This document shows, piece after piece, positions 36,500-48,903 of a stretch of DNA of 60,000 nucleotides (the stretch's first letter is position 1; each line of letters begins with the position of its first letter). Below the pieces are notes generated by a model that made no database searches, was not told the origin of the DNA, and saw only the letters and a list, made by a program, of their open reading frames with translations. The DNA lies in the NCBI GenBank assembly GCA_964187785.1, contig OZ076413.1:48734001-48794000 (forward strand), in the 5' to 3' direction. The stretch comes from Amphiscolops sp. MND2022 (taxonomy: Eukaryota). A program made the translations under genes and the position numbers.

Positions 36500-39400
36500 A
36501 TATATGAGAAACTTCGGATTTTTCGAACCCTAAGATCTCAAAATCAAGAAACTTTATCCCATTTTCTATCCCAAGTAGCGTTTTGAATAGCCTATTGTTT
36601 CATTGCTCAGGTCAATGGAAGTTCTGTTCTACAAAAAGTTTCGTCAATTCAACAAAATTCGACACATTTTTTGCATTTTGAGATGTTTTCGAGGCCAATT
36701 CCAAGAAATTTATACCTGAAAAAAACAAATACTGCATAGCAGGCTTAGTCGTTGTTGAGTATTTGTTGAGTTATTGTATGCCACGAAATAGCTCAAACAT
36801 TTTACAAAAACAGCTGCATGAAAAAGTCGAAAACTTTTTTGAGAATTTATCGGAAATTTGAAAACTCAAATAATTTCGATTGATTTGGGGTCATTTCGAG
36901 GCACTTTCACTACAATAAAATGCATTTTTTCCCAAAAGCCCACTTGCTGCCGCGTCTGTTCGTTTTGTATAAGTTTTTTATTCTGACACAGGGAAGCACT
37001 CGATAAAATGAAAATTTTGGATTTTCGACTGTTTTGGTCAATCTGGGGTAATGTTCTACCTAGAAAACGGTCAATTTTTCTATAAAAGGGGTACTGCTTG
37101 GCCGAGTATTTTGTTTTGAGCTTAATTATTATTCTAACTTAGCAAATTTCATCAAAAGTTACAATTATAAAAGTGTCAAATTTGATATTTTCGACTTTTT
37201 GAGGTGAATTTTCTGAAAGAAGCATGCGGATATCTCCTACTTGAGAACAACTTTATTCATTTCTGAACGTTCTGATCATTCGATGAGAAAACTTCCAAAA
37301 ATCACAAAAAAATGAATATTTGAGCAGTGCGATATTTAGTCTCATTCGGATTCATTCTGAAGTGTTTTTGAAGCAAAGAACTATGAATTTCTCGGCAAAA
37401 ATGTGTAACGCAGAACTAGTTCTTTCGTCTCTGTAGTAACGAGTAACTAGTAACGTTTTGATCCCTCTTGGGAAATTGTACACAAAGTGTATGAAAATCG
37501 ACAAAAAGGGAAAATTCCGGATGTTTTGCCATTTCGAGTCAATCTGAGGCAATATCCTATCAAACAGTATCATTTATCTCTTCACAAAAGTCTAGTGGAC
37601 AACGCATTCTTTTCACAATTTAGTGCTTGACAAAAAAATTCAGAAAAAACGTTGAAAATCGGAAAAACAAAGTCGGCAGTTTTTGTCATTATTGGGGTCA
37701 ACCAATAAGTCCAAAAATCTGTAAAAATACATATCGCATGAAACTAATGTTACGTCACAGTTGAATTCTATTGGCGGAAATTTAAACAAGACGCCCGCTG
37801 AGCAGCGAGATATTTTCCGCCCCAAACTGTTCTACATGAAGTTGAGGCTCAAGAATAGCCAATGCACCATAAAAAGGCAAAGAAGTTCGAAGAAAAGAAA
37901 GCTTTGATTCATCTTAGCCCATTTTCGAGGAAAGGAATAAGTTATAATTGCGATAGCTGGCCACTTTGCGCTTTTTCGGCATTATGCAACTTACCGAGAA
38001 AAAAGAAAAGTTTCAATGATTTCTTTGAGAAACATTTTTCGCAATTTTCAATTTTTGAAGTTTTCTGTAAAGGACATAAGTTCCCGAGTCTTGAGGGTGA
38101 CCTCTTTGTTACTTTTGATCATATAGAACTGACGAGGTTTCCTAATTGTTGTGGATATTATCTCACTTCAGTTTTTTTGACTCCGTGCGTTTTTCTCGAA
38201 ACTTTCATTTGGTCAAAGAGTACCTTCTTGCCTTAATAGCAGATTTCGTTCTTGATTTCATAGCTTGGGAAAGTAGTTTTGAGAGCTGAAACTCGCTTCG
38301 CCATACTAGAACTTTACGGAAAAATCGAAAAACTGGACTTTCGTGTTTCCTGTTGGGGAAAACGTGGTTTCCTAGTCTCAGGTGTATTTCTTGAAATAAA
38401 TTTCGACACTGAGAAAATGGCAAAAACTTTGGAAATCAGGTCCTTTGCAAATTTAGGAAAGTTGAGCGATCACGGTTTGTTGTATAACTGCACATAGTTT
38501 CACCAGAAGTGTCAAAAATTGGAAATAGTTTTGACAACTTTGGGGTCAATTTGAGGATCTTTTCTAACATGAATCTACAGATGTCTCTTCAAAAATAGGC
38601 CTACTGGACACTGCGTTTAGTTGTTGTTGAATGTTTACACCATTCTCACCCACGAAGTAGCTCGAAACATTTTCTCTACATCGAAACCTTGAGGTCGGAA
38701 TTTACGCTTTCGAGTAAAGTTTTCTGAAAGTTGTGCAAATAAAGTTATCTGATATCATTTCGAAACACCACCGGTAGCTACACGTTTCAATCCTGAGCCT
38801 ATGGTATTTCTGGTTGAAGCAAGTTTTGGAAAGGGTCCAAAATTGGGACTATGTTGTCGAAAATAAAGAACGTTCAGAAACTTTGACACCTTTGTTGTAA
38901 ACTAGATAAACTTTATCCCACTTTTTCTCCAATTGCATTTTGAATACTTTTTTGCTTCAACGCCCAGGTTATTGGAAGTTCCATTCTTCAAAAATTTTCG
39001 TGGTTTGAACAAAAGTTGGGATTCGTTTGTCAAACAACGTGTTTTTCGTTCCTTGGATTTTTGTGTTTTTGAGCCAATTTCAAAATACGGGAGCCAGAAA
39101 ACAACTTTATGAGAAAAGAGTGGCAGAATAAAAACTTCATAAATTCGACGTTTCGTCAACTTCTGTTGACATTATCAAGAAAATCTGAAAAATCAATACG
39201 AGTGTTGGGTCTCTGGTTAGGCTTCCTGAAGCCAAGCCGAAAGTCGTAAACAGCGGCGGTGTCACCTACATGTTCAAGTGTCCGCAGACGGGTTGTGAAT
39301 CCCGCTACGTAGGTGTCACAAGGCGTCATTTGTTCCAGAGAGTCCGAGAACACCTTGCCGAGCGTAAAGATGGCTCATCGTCAGTGATTTTTGATCATCT

Positions 39401-41250
39401 GATGTTTCACGATGTAAGACCAACTTTTGAGACTCATCTTGAGTGTTTCAGCATCCTCAAGAAGTCGTCCAGTTGGAGGTCTCTGCTCTTCACCGAGGCA
39501 TATCACATAAAACACCAAAAATGTGATCTTAACACTCAGACGGACTCTATTCCTCTGCGTGTATTTTAAATTGATGTTCTTTGTTTCTGCCTTTTTTTTT
39601 GATGATGCACTGATGAAATTTGTTTAATTTTTGCTATTTTTCAGATTTTCTTGATAATGTCAACAGAAGTTGACGAAACGTCGAATTTATGAAGTTTTTA
39701 TTCTGCCACTCTTTTCTCATAAAATTTCAAAATAAATGGATAAATAAATAAAATAATTCCAAAATAAATAAACAATTAAAAAGAGGCCTAAAATGGTAAA
39801 AAACTTGAAAATTTTGTTTTCCGAATATCTGGTCATTCGGAGGAAACTTTCGACCATAAATTAGGCAACTTTTTTGAAAAATGTGCTTCGGGCCTAGTTT
39901 CATCATCTGGAGCTTTTTTCAACCGAAGTTTTCCAATCTCGAATAAAAATTCACTGAAAATGTCAGAAACCGACAAAAATTTCGACATTTTCGAATTTGC
40001 GGTCAGTTATTAGCCAATTTCCAACCGAAGTCTGCAATACTTCTTTAAAAGCCTACTGGATTCTCAGTTTGGTCTTTAGTGAACGTTTGCCATCCTTCTA
40101 ACTCCAAAACGATTCAAAAAGTACACAAGATGTTCAAATTTTTCGACTCCTTTGGAGGGCTTCTGAAGTGTTTTTGGAGCAAAACGCTGCAACGTTCTTT
40201 TCAAAAAATGTATTACATAAGTCGTTCTCTCGTTGTTGAGTTGATTGTGTTGGAAATTAGAACGAAGTCTTTCGGAAATTGAACAGAAATTGCATCAAAA
40301 ACGAAAAGCTTCAAACTTTTCGACAATTCAGGTTCTATTTGAGGAATTTTTCTTTTACAAATTGAGCTTATCTCGCGACAAAAGCTCACCGAAACAACAA
40401 ACTTGCCCATGCTTTAGGCGTGTTAACATTCTAGTCCACGAAGTTTATCAATATTTTGATAAAAATTGACCAAAAAAAGTGCAAATCGAAAATTTTCGAA
40501 ATTTTGTCTTTTTCGATGTCAATTCCGGACAGTTTTCGTTTAAAAATCTGCATTTATCTCTTTTCCAAGCATAGAGGACAACACATGTTTTCATTGCTGA
40601 CCATTTTCAACTTTCCAAGTGACGAAGGCTGTCGAAAATTTGGAAAAATGCATAAAACCATTGAAAATAAAATTTTGGGATTTTTGTCATTTTCGGTGTC
40701 AATTTGAGACATTTTCATTTTGAAAAATGCAAAAAACTCTTCGGAAAAGACTACTGGACAACCAACTCTTTCCTTGTTGGCCCTTTAAAACTTTCCACTT
40801 CATAGAGTGTCAAAACTTGACGAAAAATGGATTTTTTGGGTGGAAGGGAGGGGGGGTCATGGGTTTGTCAATTTTGGTGTCAATTTGAAATTTTTTCATT
40901 TGGAAAACAGCAATTATCCCTTCGGAAATGCCAGCTGGACAACGAATTAGTGCCATGTTAAGTGTTTTCAACATTCTAATCCCCGAAGTCTATCGAAAAT
41001 TTGATAAAAATTGAATAAAAATTATTAAAATCGGGTTTTGGTTTTCTATCATTTTAGGTGTTAATTTGAGACATTTTTCATCCAGATATCTGCAATTATC
41101 TCTTCAGAGAAGCCTACTGGACAACAAATTTGTGACTTGTTGATCGTTTTCAACATTCTTATCCACGATATCTATCGAAAAATTGACAAAAATTGCATTA
41201 GAACGTGAACAATTGGAAATGTTCGCAAATTTTCTCATTTTGGGGTCAAC
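36500..41250. repeat. Highly diverged ~180-bp tandem satellite interrupted by insertions
   Basis: gtcaatttgag...ctactggacaac...caacattct...cgaaaa units at ~40336, 40519, 40699, 40879, 41061, 41245; related units at ~35571, 36890, 37037, 37539, 38546. Confidence 0.65.
39088..39722 (+). mobile_element. 5'-truncated Penelope-like element: GIY-YIG endonuclease C-terminus between 88-bp inverted repeats
   Basis: VTYMFKC...RYVGVTRRHLFQRVREH...EAYHIK...LNTQ (39195-39569); IR 39106-39193 / 39636-39723; 12-bp TSD aatttcaaaata at 39076-39087 and 39723-39734. Confidence 0.9.
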
Positions 41251-41368
41251 TAAAAAAGTCCCGAAATCTCCACAAATACATATTGCACGAAGCTAAACTT
41301 ATGTGAGTTGAATTCTATCGGTAACACCCTTAAATTTAAATATAAAGTTGGTGCTTGGCAAGGTTTGT

Positions 41369-41955
41369 AAAAATAGGCCCCTCCAGGACACACTATTATT
41401 TCTGCTTTAATCTTTCATTAATAATAGAATCATATCTGGAATACCAATACACTCCTGTTTAATCATTACTTAGCGCACAATTAGGCAATGTACCAGTTTA
41501 TACCGTCTTTAAATCTGTTGTTAAAAAAATCTGTATATGTAAATATCAAGTATTTCTTCCGAGAACCAATTTCTGACTAGAATCAATTCAGTCTTTTAGT
41601 AGTCATAGTAGTAAATCTCGGACTAAAGCAAATATATATGCATGAGAAGCTCTCCGCAAAAGTATAATTAACACTCATTCGCTTCATCTCAATAATTCTG
41701 CGCATCGAAAGCACAATTACGAACATTCGCTCGCTTCATCTCAATGACGTCAGCTTACGAATGCATAATTACCACTCGCTCGTTCCATCGCACGAGAAGT
41801 GAATTGTCGTCGGCAGCTTGAGAAACTTATTATTTACGCTTATAGTCACTGGCGAACAAAATATGAATTATTCAGTATCGTGCCAAGAATTGTACTGAAA
41901 AAAAGTAGACATTTTGAGATTTCAATAATATTCCTGCTAAAGCAGAAATAATAAA
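41369..41955 (-). mobile_element. Helentron/DINE-1-like element, family B, copy 2
   Basis: Same termini and body as 35972-36449, with small insertions/duplications. Confidence 0.7.
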
Positions 41956-43083
41956 AAAACCAGTTTGATTTAAATATTTTCCTTTCCCATATATAAAAAC
42001 ATGGGCGGAAAATAATAAACTATCACAATTTGTGCACTATATTTTGTCGATCAAGTATTTCTCAAAAAATAGAACGGCATTTCAAAATTGGCTCCACTCA
42101 AATCAATTTAACGGTTGTAATCTGTTGATGAGCATTACTGCCAAAGAAAATGAGTAGATAAACTATTGGTGAAACGTTTTCGGCAAATTATTGCCACCTG
42201 TGGATCATTTCTCAACAGAAGCAAATCAAATGATTCTAACCACAATCAGCTTTGCTAAAAAAACATTGGTTGAAAACTAGAAAGCTGAAAACTTTGAATG
42301 ATGCTACTTTATTACAGGAAATTTTCAGCATTTGGAAGTTGAGAAAAATTTCAGCCTGAAACCAACGGCCAAATTGACACAGAGGAGAAGCCGTGCTTCG
42401 CAAACACTTGTGAACTTTTGAAGAAAACCAAATAAGCAATATCATACGGAAAACCAAGGGTAAAAGGAGATTAAAATTTCATCAATTTTACAGCGCCAAA
42501 AAATACCCGAAGGGATACGCGTAAGCCTCGAAAAACATTCTTCCCCAACTGAAAACAGCAAAAACCCATTCTTTCTCAACGGAAAACCTTAAACAGGAAA
42601 TAGAAGAAAAAAATTTCAAAATTTTTCGAAAACATTTTTGATGGTCTCCGGTAAGTCGCAAAGCCTTGAGGAGTCCTCTCGCAAAACGTTTCGTTTCTTG
42701 TAAAAATTGAGCAGGGGCTTCGGTGAAAACAAATTTTTAAAAAGTCGCATAGAAAAAAGATCGGTCTTTAAAAAAACGGTCTTTTAAAACTAAAAATTGA
42801 GAAAAAAATTCCGAATTTTTTCGAATTTTTTTGAAGTTTCCGCTAAGTCGCATAGTGCCGAAAAATGTGAAAAAGGGACCCTTTAGGATTTTATAACATT
42901 CGTTCTGTTGCAAGATATCAAAAAATTGAAAGGAGGACGCTTTGGGGACATTAAAAAATTTTTGAAAAAAAATAAGGGAGACTAAAAAATTTTTGAAAAA
43001 AAATTAGAATTTTGAACAGTCTCATAGTGCCGAAAATTCTGAAAAAAATGCTTGTAAATCTTCGGAATACTTTAAAAAAATTA

Positions 43084-43156
43084 GCGCATACCCACGGGTT
43101 CGAACACGAAACCTCTGTGTTGAAAAGCAAGCATCTTACCACTAGACCACGAACGC
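43084..43156 (-). pseudogene. tRNA-like (Glu-like) module inside a family A repeat cluster (~42380-43300)
   Basis: A box TGGTCTAGTGG, B box GTTCGAACC, TTC at the anticodon position; stems poorly paired. Confidence 0.6.
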
Positions 43157-44369
43157 GTGAAACGTGCGAGTTGCCGCGTGAAATCAGAGTTGTCGCGCGG
43201 AAAAAAAAAGCACCCGCACTTTCCCATAACACTTGCTTATCACAAGTGTAAAAAAATCATTCCCATTTGGCGAAGTGATTAGCGCAGGCTTCTCTGTGTG
43301 GTTGGGAAGCAGATGAACGTGTCCCCATTTGGTTCTTTCTGGCACTGTGTAACTTAATTCTCGAAAAAAAATGAAAACGTTAGAAGAGAACTTGCCTAAG
43401 ATCTCTAAGCCCTTCGCTTCTTAAATATTTTGTTCTCAATTATTTTCTGATCACGAAAAAGTCAAAACCGCATGTACTTCAAGTTAGAATATACAAAAAC
43501 GAAAAGCGTCGTTAGTATCAAAGACCGCATACCTTACAATATGAAATTTGTCACAAGGGGTCGTATTGCAATATTGCTCAATGCTGTGCGAAACGGTGTG
43601 CCACCCATTATTTCCATACAGTGAAATTAAGTTCAAAGTACCAACATCTTTCAACTAGTCGTTTTTAAGTGGACAGCGCATTGGTTTCCAGGTTTAACAC
43701 AATTCAGAATTCACGCTAAATTTTACTAGATTTTACTCGTTCAAGCACATGGTACTTCAATACATACACCGCATTGAATTCAGCGAAGCCAGCTGGACAA
43801 AAATGAGGATCAAAGCACACCGTCTACTAAATCCTGATTTTCGAGTCTCGACTATTTCTGATTACTGCTTAATGGGGAGAAAAAATGTCTGTTTTGATTC
43901 ACAAGCAGCAGCGAAGATGCGCATTACGTAACATCAATTTGAGTCAACTGTCAATCATTTAACCATTTAACACTACGTGACGTCAAAACAAAAATGATGA
44001 ATTTCACACGCACTATTGCATAACTTTTTGAGGTCAAATCGAACAAATATAGCAGTACCTAAAGTCAAACTATAATTTCGATACACCAAGAAACACCAAA
44101 AACTAATAATGGCTTTTTTCCGTGAATACTGGAGACGAATTCCATTTCGGTTCGAGACAAAAATTCCGTGTGAGTAGTTGAAGAGTAGTATTGAACTGCT
44201 AAATGTGTTGATGTATTATAAAAGACATGTAGGTGCTAACAAAAGGTGCTTATTGCTTTAATTGACTGATATCCGGTTTCAGTGCATTTTAATTCCAATG
44301 AGCCCGCAAAACTAATTTAGTAGTGAAAGGCGTGAAAACACTTTTAGGTGTGAAAGTCTGGTGGCACAT

Positions 44370-44499
44370 GGCTGACTTTAATGATTTTAATTTTGGCTAA
44401 CTTTACTTTTGGCGAACATTAATCGTGGCGAACTTTAATCCAGGCGAACTCCATTTGGCGATCTTAAGCTTGGCTAACTTTAATTTGGCGAACTTTAAC
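44370..44499 (+). repeat. Minisatellite of ~15-16-bp units (ggcgaactttaat..)
   Basis: About 8 degenerate copies. Confidence 0.8.
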
Positions 44500-45796
44500 G
44501 CTCTCCACCAATTCTATAAAAATTGGAGAAAATTTCAACGTTTTCAATGCATTTCGATTTATTGAATCAATTATTGGCTACTCTTGACATGAATGTCGAT
44601 TTTGATGTCATGAAAACCTCTATGATTCTAATCAAGTCCAAAAGTGAACCACCCCCAAAATATTTCCGTCTTTCAAGGTTGTACAGCTCTGGGAGATGTT
44701 TCGCTGTGCGATTTGTGACAATTTCGGACGATAGATATTTTGGCTTAACCTCGCAATTTACATTTTATTCAAAAACAGTCAAGCTAGAAGTTTTTTGCAG
44801 TTTCAATTAGAGTACAATTGAATTGTTCGTAAACTTAAAAATGTAAAGGTTTCAATCTGATATGTGAGCTTTCTGCGTTTGAAGTGCTAAAACCTCTAAT
44901 TTTTGCGAATCTGTTTCGAATCAAGATACCTACTAGTTGCAATCACGAATTTTAACTCTCATCATTTTGTTTGCGGTGAAAGCATAAAATCCATTTGAAA
45001 CTATCTTTGTACCCAATCTTTATACGTGTAGATTTTTAAAAATCGAGATTTTCGATTTCTTAAACCCTTTTAGTCACTGGAAAGCGAAAAACCCAGGAGT
45101 TTAATTAACGGGCGGTGGCTATCTCGACAGAGAATTAAAAAATGAAGATTTCAGTACTCAAAAGAAGTTAAAATGTGTCCTAAAGCTAATACACATGCTG
45201 TTCCGCTAATACAGTAAGTTTACAACCGAAAATCATTTCCCATCAATTTTGATTGTATGATTTTCAAATAAACACGAATGCAAACTAGATGAAATTCCAA
45301 AAAAAACCTTTAACATTTCCCGACTAGTTTTGATGAGTATTTAGGTGATACTTTCTGTTTGAAACATTTTGACAATCAAAAGTACGGATCATAAATGTTA
45401 GTCACAGTTATTAACATTATTAACGCGTCGAAGAGAATTTTTGCAGATTACGCTCGCTTTTAGATTTCAAATTCCTACTTTTTGCTTTCAGGATATTCTG
45501 AAATTCAACTGCTCGTGTTTTAGTCGGTGCTATATGAGAAGTAAATATATAAATAGTAGCTTTTTCGTCGTTTTTTTTAATCCTGAATGCAGAGCCTTGA
45601 CTATAGTGACACTAGAGAGAAAAGACAGAATAAAGGCCCTGGTATTTAATGTACTTAATCAAATCTGCAATTTTTAGAGACAAATCTGGATTCAATTTGA
45701 AGTAATTTAAAGTGAGCAGTGAAGCACCGTGAACACTGTTTACTTTGGTGACAAAAAATAAATGAACAAAAACAATACTGCTATAATAGTAATTAC

Positions 45797-46211
45797 CTGG
45801 GGTGTGGAACCGTACGGGTTGAATTGAAATTACGGTTTACGGGTTATCGTCTACGGTTTACGGTTTCAGGGTACGGTTTGAAAAACACTTTTGCTTCAGA
45901 AGTATTTAAATTTCTTCATCAAAAAACTCATGTTTCTTGCTTCAAAATAGCATTTGAGGGAACGCCCTCTGTAAATTATAGCGTAAGAATAAAACATTTT
46001 GAACGAATTCGTCTTTTAAAGACGTTCTTATTTGAGAATGAACAATTGAATTCGCTCCAAAATTTTCATAGAAACACTGCTGTGTAATGTATAAAACAAT
46101 TCGCTCGTATTTCTCAAAAGTGTACGGTTCGCTTTTTTCACAACTACGGTTTACGGGTTACGGTTTGGCACTACGGGTTTCGGTCCACGGTCTAAAAATC
46201 CCACACCCCAG
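45797..46211. mobile_element. hAT-type MITE (415 bp)
   Basis: TIR ctggggtgtgg/ccacaccccag, 8-bp TSD gtaattac (45789-45796, 46212-46219), subterminal tacggttt repeats. Confidence 0.85.
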
Positions 46212-46218
46212 GTAATTA

Positions 46219-46878
46219 CTACTCCACATGTTCGATAAGAACCATTTTCTTCAATTCGCTTGAGTCTTGCGAGTTCTGAGGCGACTGCGTTTCCAAAACT
46301 TTCGGAACGACCGAGCTCTTGGAGGCAGTTTGGAGTTGCATAAGATGTTCGACATAATTGGGTCGATTAAACACACAATCTCGCCTCTTCGAAAACTGGT
46401 CAATTGCATAGGAAGGATCCCAATGTTTTTGTGTGATTAAATATTTACAAATCATGAAACCAGTTCTGTTGACGCCTTTAGCACAATGCACGCCGATGAA
46501 CTCATTTGGTTTCCATACGGGTTTCGATTGAATGATATGTAGAACAGTATTCAGAAATCGATTGAATATGCATTCAATGTCGTTAGGAAGATTCTTTCCC
46601 CCCTTGCAGCCTATCTTGTAATAGGGAATGAAGCCTATAGCCTCGTTCATTTCCTCCACTGAGTAGTAATGGCAGTGGGGCAACAGGTCTATAACAGCCA
46701 CCAACTTCAAATCCAGGGTCTTCAACTGCTTCGCCAAGAGGGGCCACGTGAACAACTGGTCCTCTTGCAGCAAGTGGGCAGCACTCTTGGGCAACGTGGA
46801 CTTGAAAGGCAGGAAAATATCGATAGGCTCGTTGAAAGGCTTCCGATCTATCCAGCCCTTGGGAACAAGTTTCACCAT
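46219..46878 (-). CDS. DUSP11/PIR1-like RNA 5'-phosphatase (cysteine phosphatase fold), intronless, 219 aa
   Basis: VPKGW, FLPFKSTL, VIDL..YY, Y.KIGCKG, IGVHCAKGVNRTGFMICKYLI, AIDQF..R....RPNYVEHL; no guanylyltransferase domain follows. Confidence 0.85.
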   Translation of the reverse strand: MVKLVPKGWIDRKPFNEPIDIFLPFKSTLPKSAAHLLQEDQLFTWPLLAKQLKTLDLKLVAVIDLLPHCHYYSVEEMNEAIGFIPYYKIGCKGGKNLPNDIECIFNRFLNTVLHIIQSKPVWKPNEFIGVHCAKGVNRTGFMICKYLITQKHWDPSYAIDQFSKRRDCVFNRPNYVEHLMQLQTASKSSVVPKVLETQSPQNSQDSSELKKMVLIEHVE

Positions 46879-48602
46879 ACTACTGCCCTCAATACTGCAC
46901 AACACTGTCTTTTGCTCCGTTGAAGTATACAACACGATATTGGTCCCGTTTTTGGTGGCTAAAACGCACTGATTGGTTTGCCACGCCTACAGGTGGATTA
47001 GAATTTTGGTCAGGGTAGATTAAAAAATCGTTTAATAAATAAGTTGAAGCAATAGTTAAAACCACAAACACGCGACGATAGAATATACGCTTTCTTCGGG
47101 TATGCCTTCGTCAAATTTTGAATAAGAGGATTAGATTGATACTAAACAAAGAGAAACTCTAGAATAGTCGAGGCTGGCTTTGAATGGCTAGAGCCGAATA
47201 GAACCAAAATGTATTTTTCAATGCCGAACTGTGAATTCTAGACCGCAAGAAAGAACTCTCGGGTCTGTCTGTTTACATGTACACCCGTTGTGAAACTACG
47301 ATGCTGCAAGTTTGAAATAAAAAATGAGAAGTATAGCAAATTTGTAATGCCGAGACAGAAAGCAATAAGTAGATTGAAGAAAAACGAGTGGCCAAAATAG
47401 AAACACGTCAAAGTAAAGAAAAATTTGAAGAAATATGGTAGGTGGTAAAATATGGTGGTCGCAGAATTTTGAGTGAACGCGATTTGATTTGAGGTGTCCA
47501 AGATGGCGCGTCAGTTGTTGTATTGAGCTGCGAGATTGAGTCTGCTAAATTTGATACCAATCAGCTGTTATTGGTACCATCACGACACGAAGAGTAGTGA
47601 TTCTGCTGCCTGTGATTGAGGAGAATGTCCGGTTGATTGGTGAATAAGAGCAGGCGGCTACTGCAGATTAAATGACTCAAAAGAACACGCCAGCCACCAA
47701 CCATGTAATACCATCAGTCTGAAAGAAAACACCAAATTAATAGCTAATGTAATTCAAGAACACAAGTCGAAAAAAGCATACCCGTCCGGTCAACAACCTG
47801 TACTCTGAATGAATCACGTTGAAGCCCAAATCCTTCAAGGTATAAAAATAAAACGATCCAAGACACTTTAGGAAAGATATCCAATAAATTTAGGGCAATT
47901 GTCGAAAGTGGAATACTTGAGATTGCAAGATTGCAAAGACAATAGTCAATTTTATTTAGCTCAAAATTTTGTGCTAAAAAAGGTCTGCGAAAACGACCAT
48001 TGATGAATACGACGGACTACACTCTCAGCAGAAAGAGAAAGCAATTGAATTTTTTAAGCTGTTGTGAATGAAATAGAAAAACATCAATTAATGCTTCTGC
48101 AATAACAGCCTATCCCTACAGCTGCACGGGGGCAAAATTCGGCGACAAGTGAACTAAAAACGCCTCGACATATACTATACGTTGAATGAATTACAACAAA
48201 ATGAATTTAGCTGAAGTCTAGCGCTCTTTTCCACTTCAATTCCCCTGCCTTGTAATCCTACAAAATCCCGAATTCCACCACTTGCAATTATTACATAATC
48301 CGCTCTTCAAGAAGTGCAAAAACGATTGACACACACACAAAATAAACTGAGCGTCAATTTCAACACTTGCAACTCAATTACGAAATACAAAAATATTTCG
48401 ATTTTTATTGAGACAAAAATAGCATTTTAAAAAGCTTTCAATTAGTAATTTCTGAAATTTGCCGAGTTGAATCTCATTGCAGGCGTATTAGCTTTTTAAG
48501 AAAAAAAACTCAGAAATACCCTCGCTCACAAAATTTAATGGGTTGGGAAATCAACATGCACTGAATCTGGGCAACCCAAATACTGAAAAATGATTGATGA
48601 AA

Positions 48603-48903
48603 GGATGCACCACAAAATGGCAGATTTTCGATATGAAAAGGGTCGATTTCTTAAGTGTAACAAAATGACCTATTTTCGAATATAACAAAATGACCAACTT
48701 TTAATTGAATTTGGCGTTTCTAAAACAATTGGCTGTTTGACTCGGCCTTCCAACCTTTGGGGCGCTGTGCGCCCCTCCAGGTCGGCCATTTTGTAACGCT
48801 TCAAAAACGGCTGTTTTGTTACGTTTATTAAATCGGCGGTCTTGTTGCGTTTATGAAAACGGTCGTTTGGTTATGCTACGGAATCGGCCAATTTGAGGCG
48901 TCC
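48603..48903. repeat. Old foldback/MITE with ~22-bp subrepeats
   Basis: ggatgcaccacaaaatggcagatt vs aatcggccaatttgaggcgtcc; taacaaaatgacc / ggctgttttgtta units. Confidence 0.55.
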
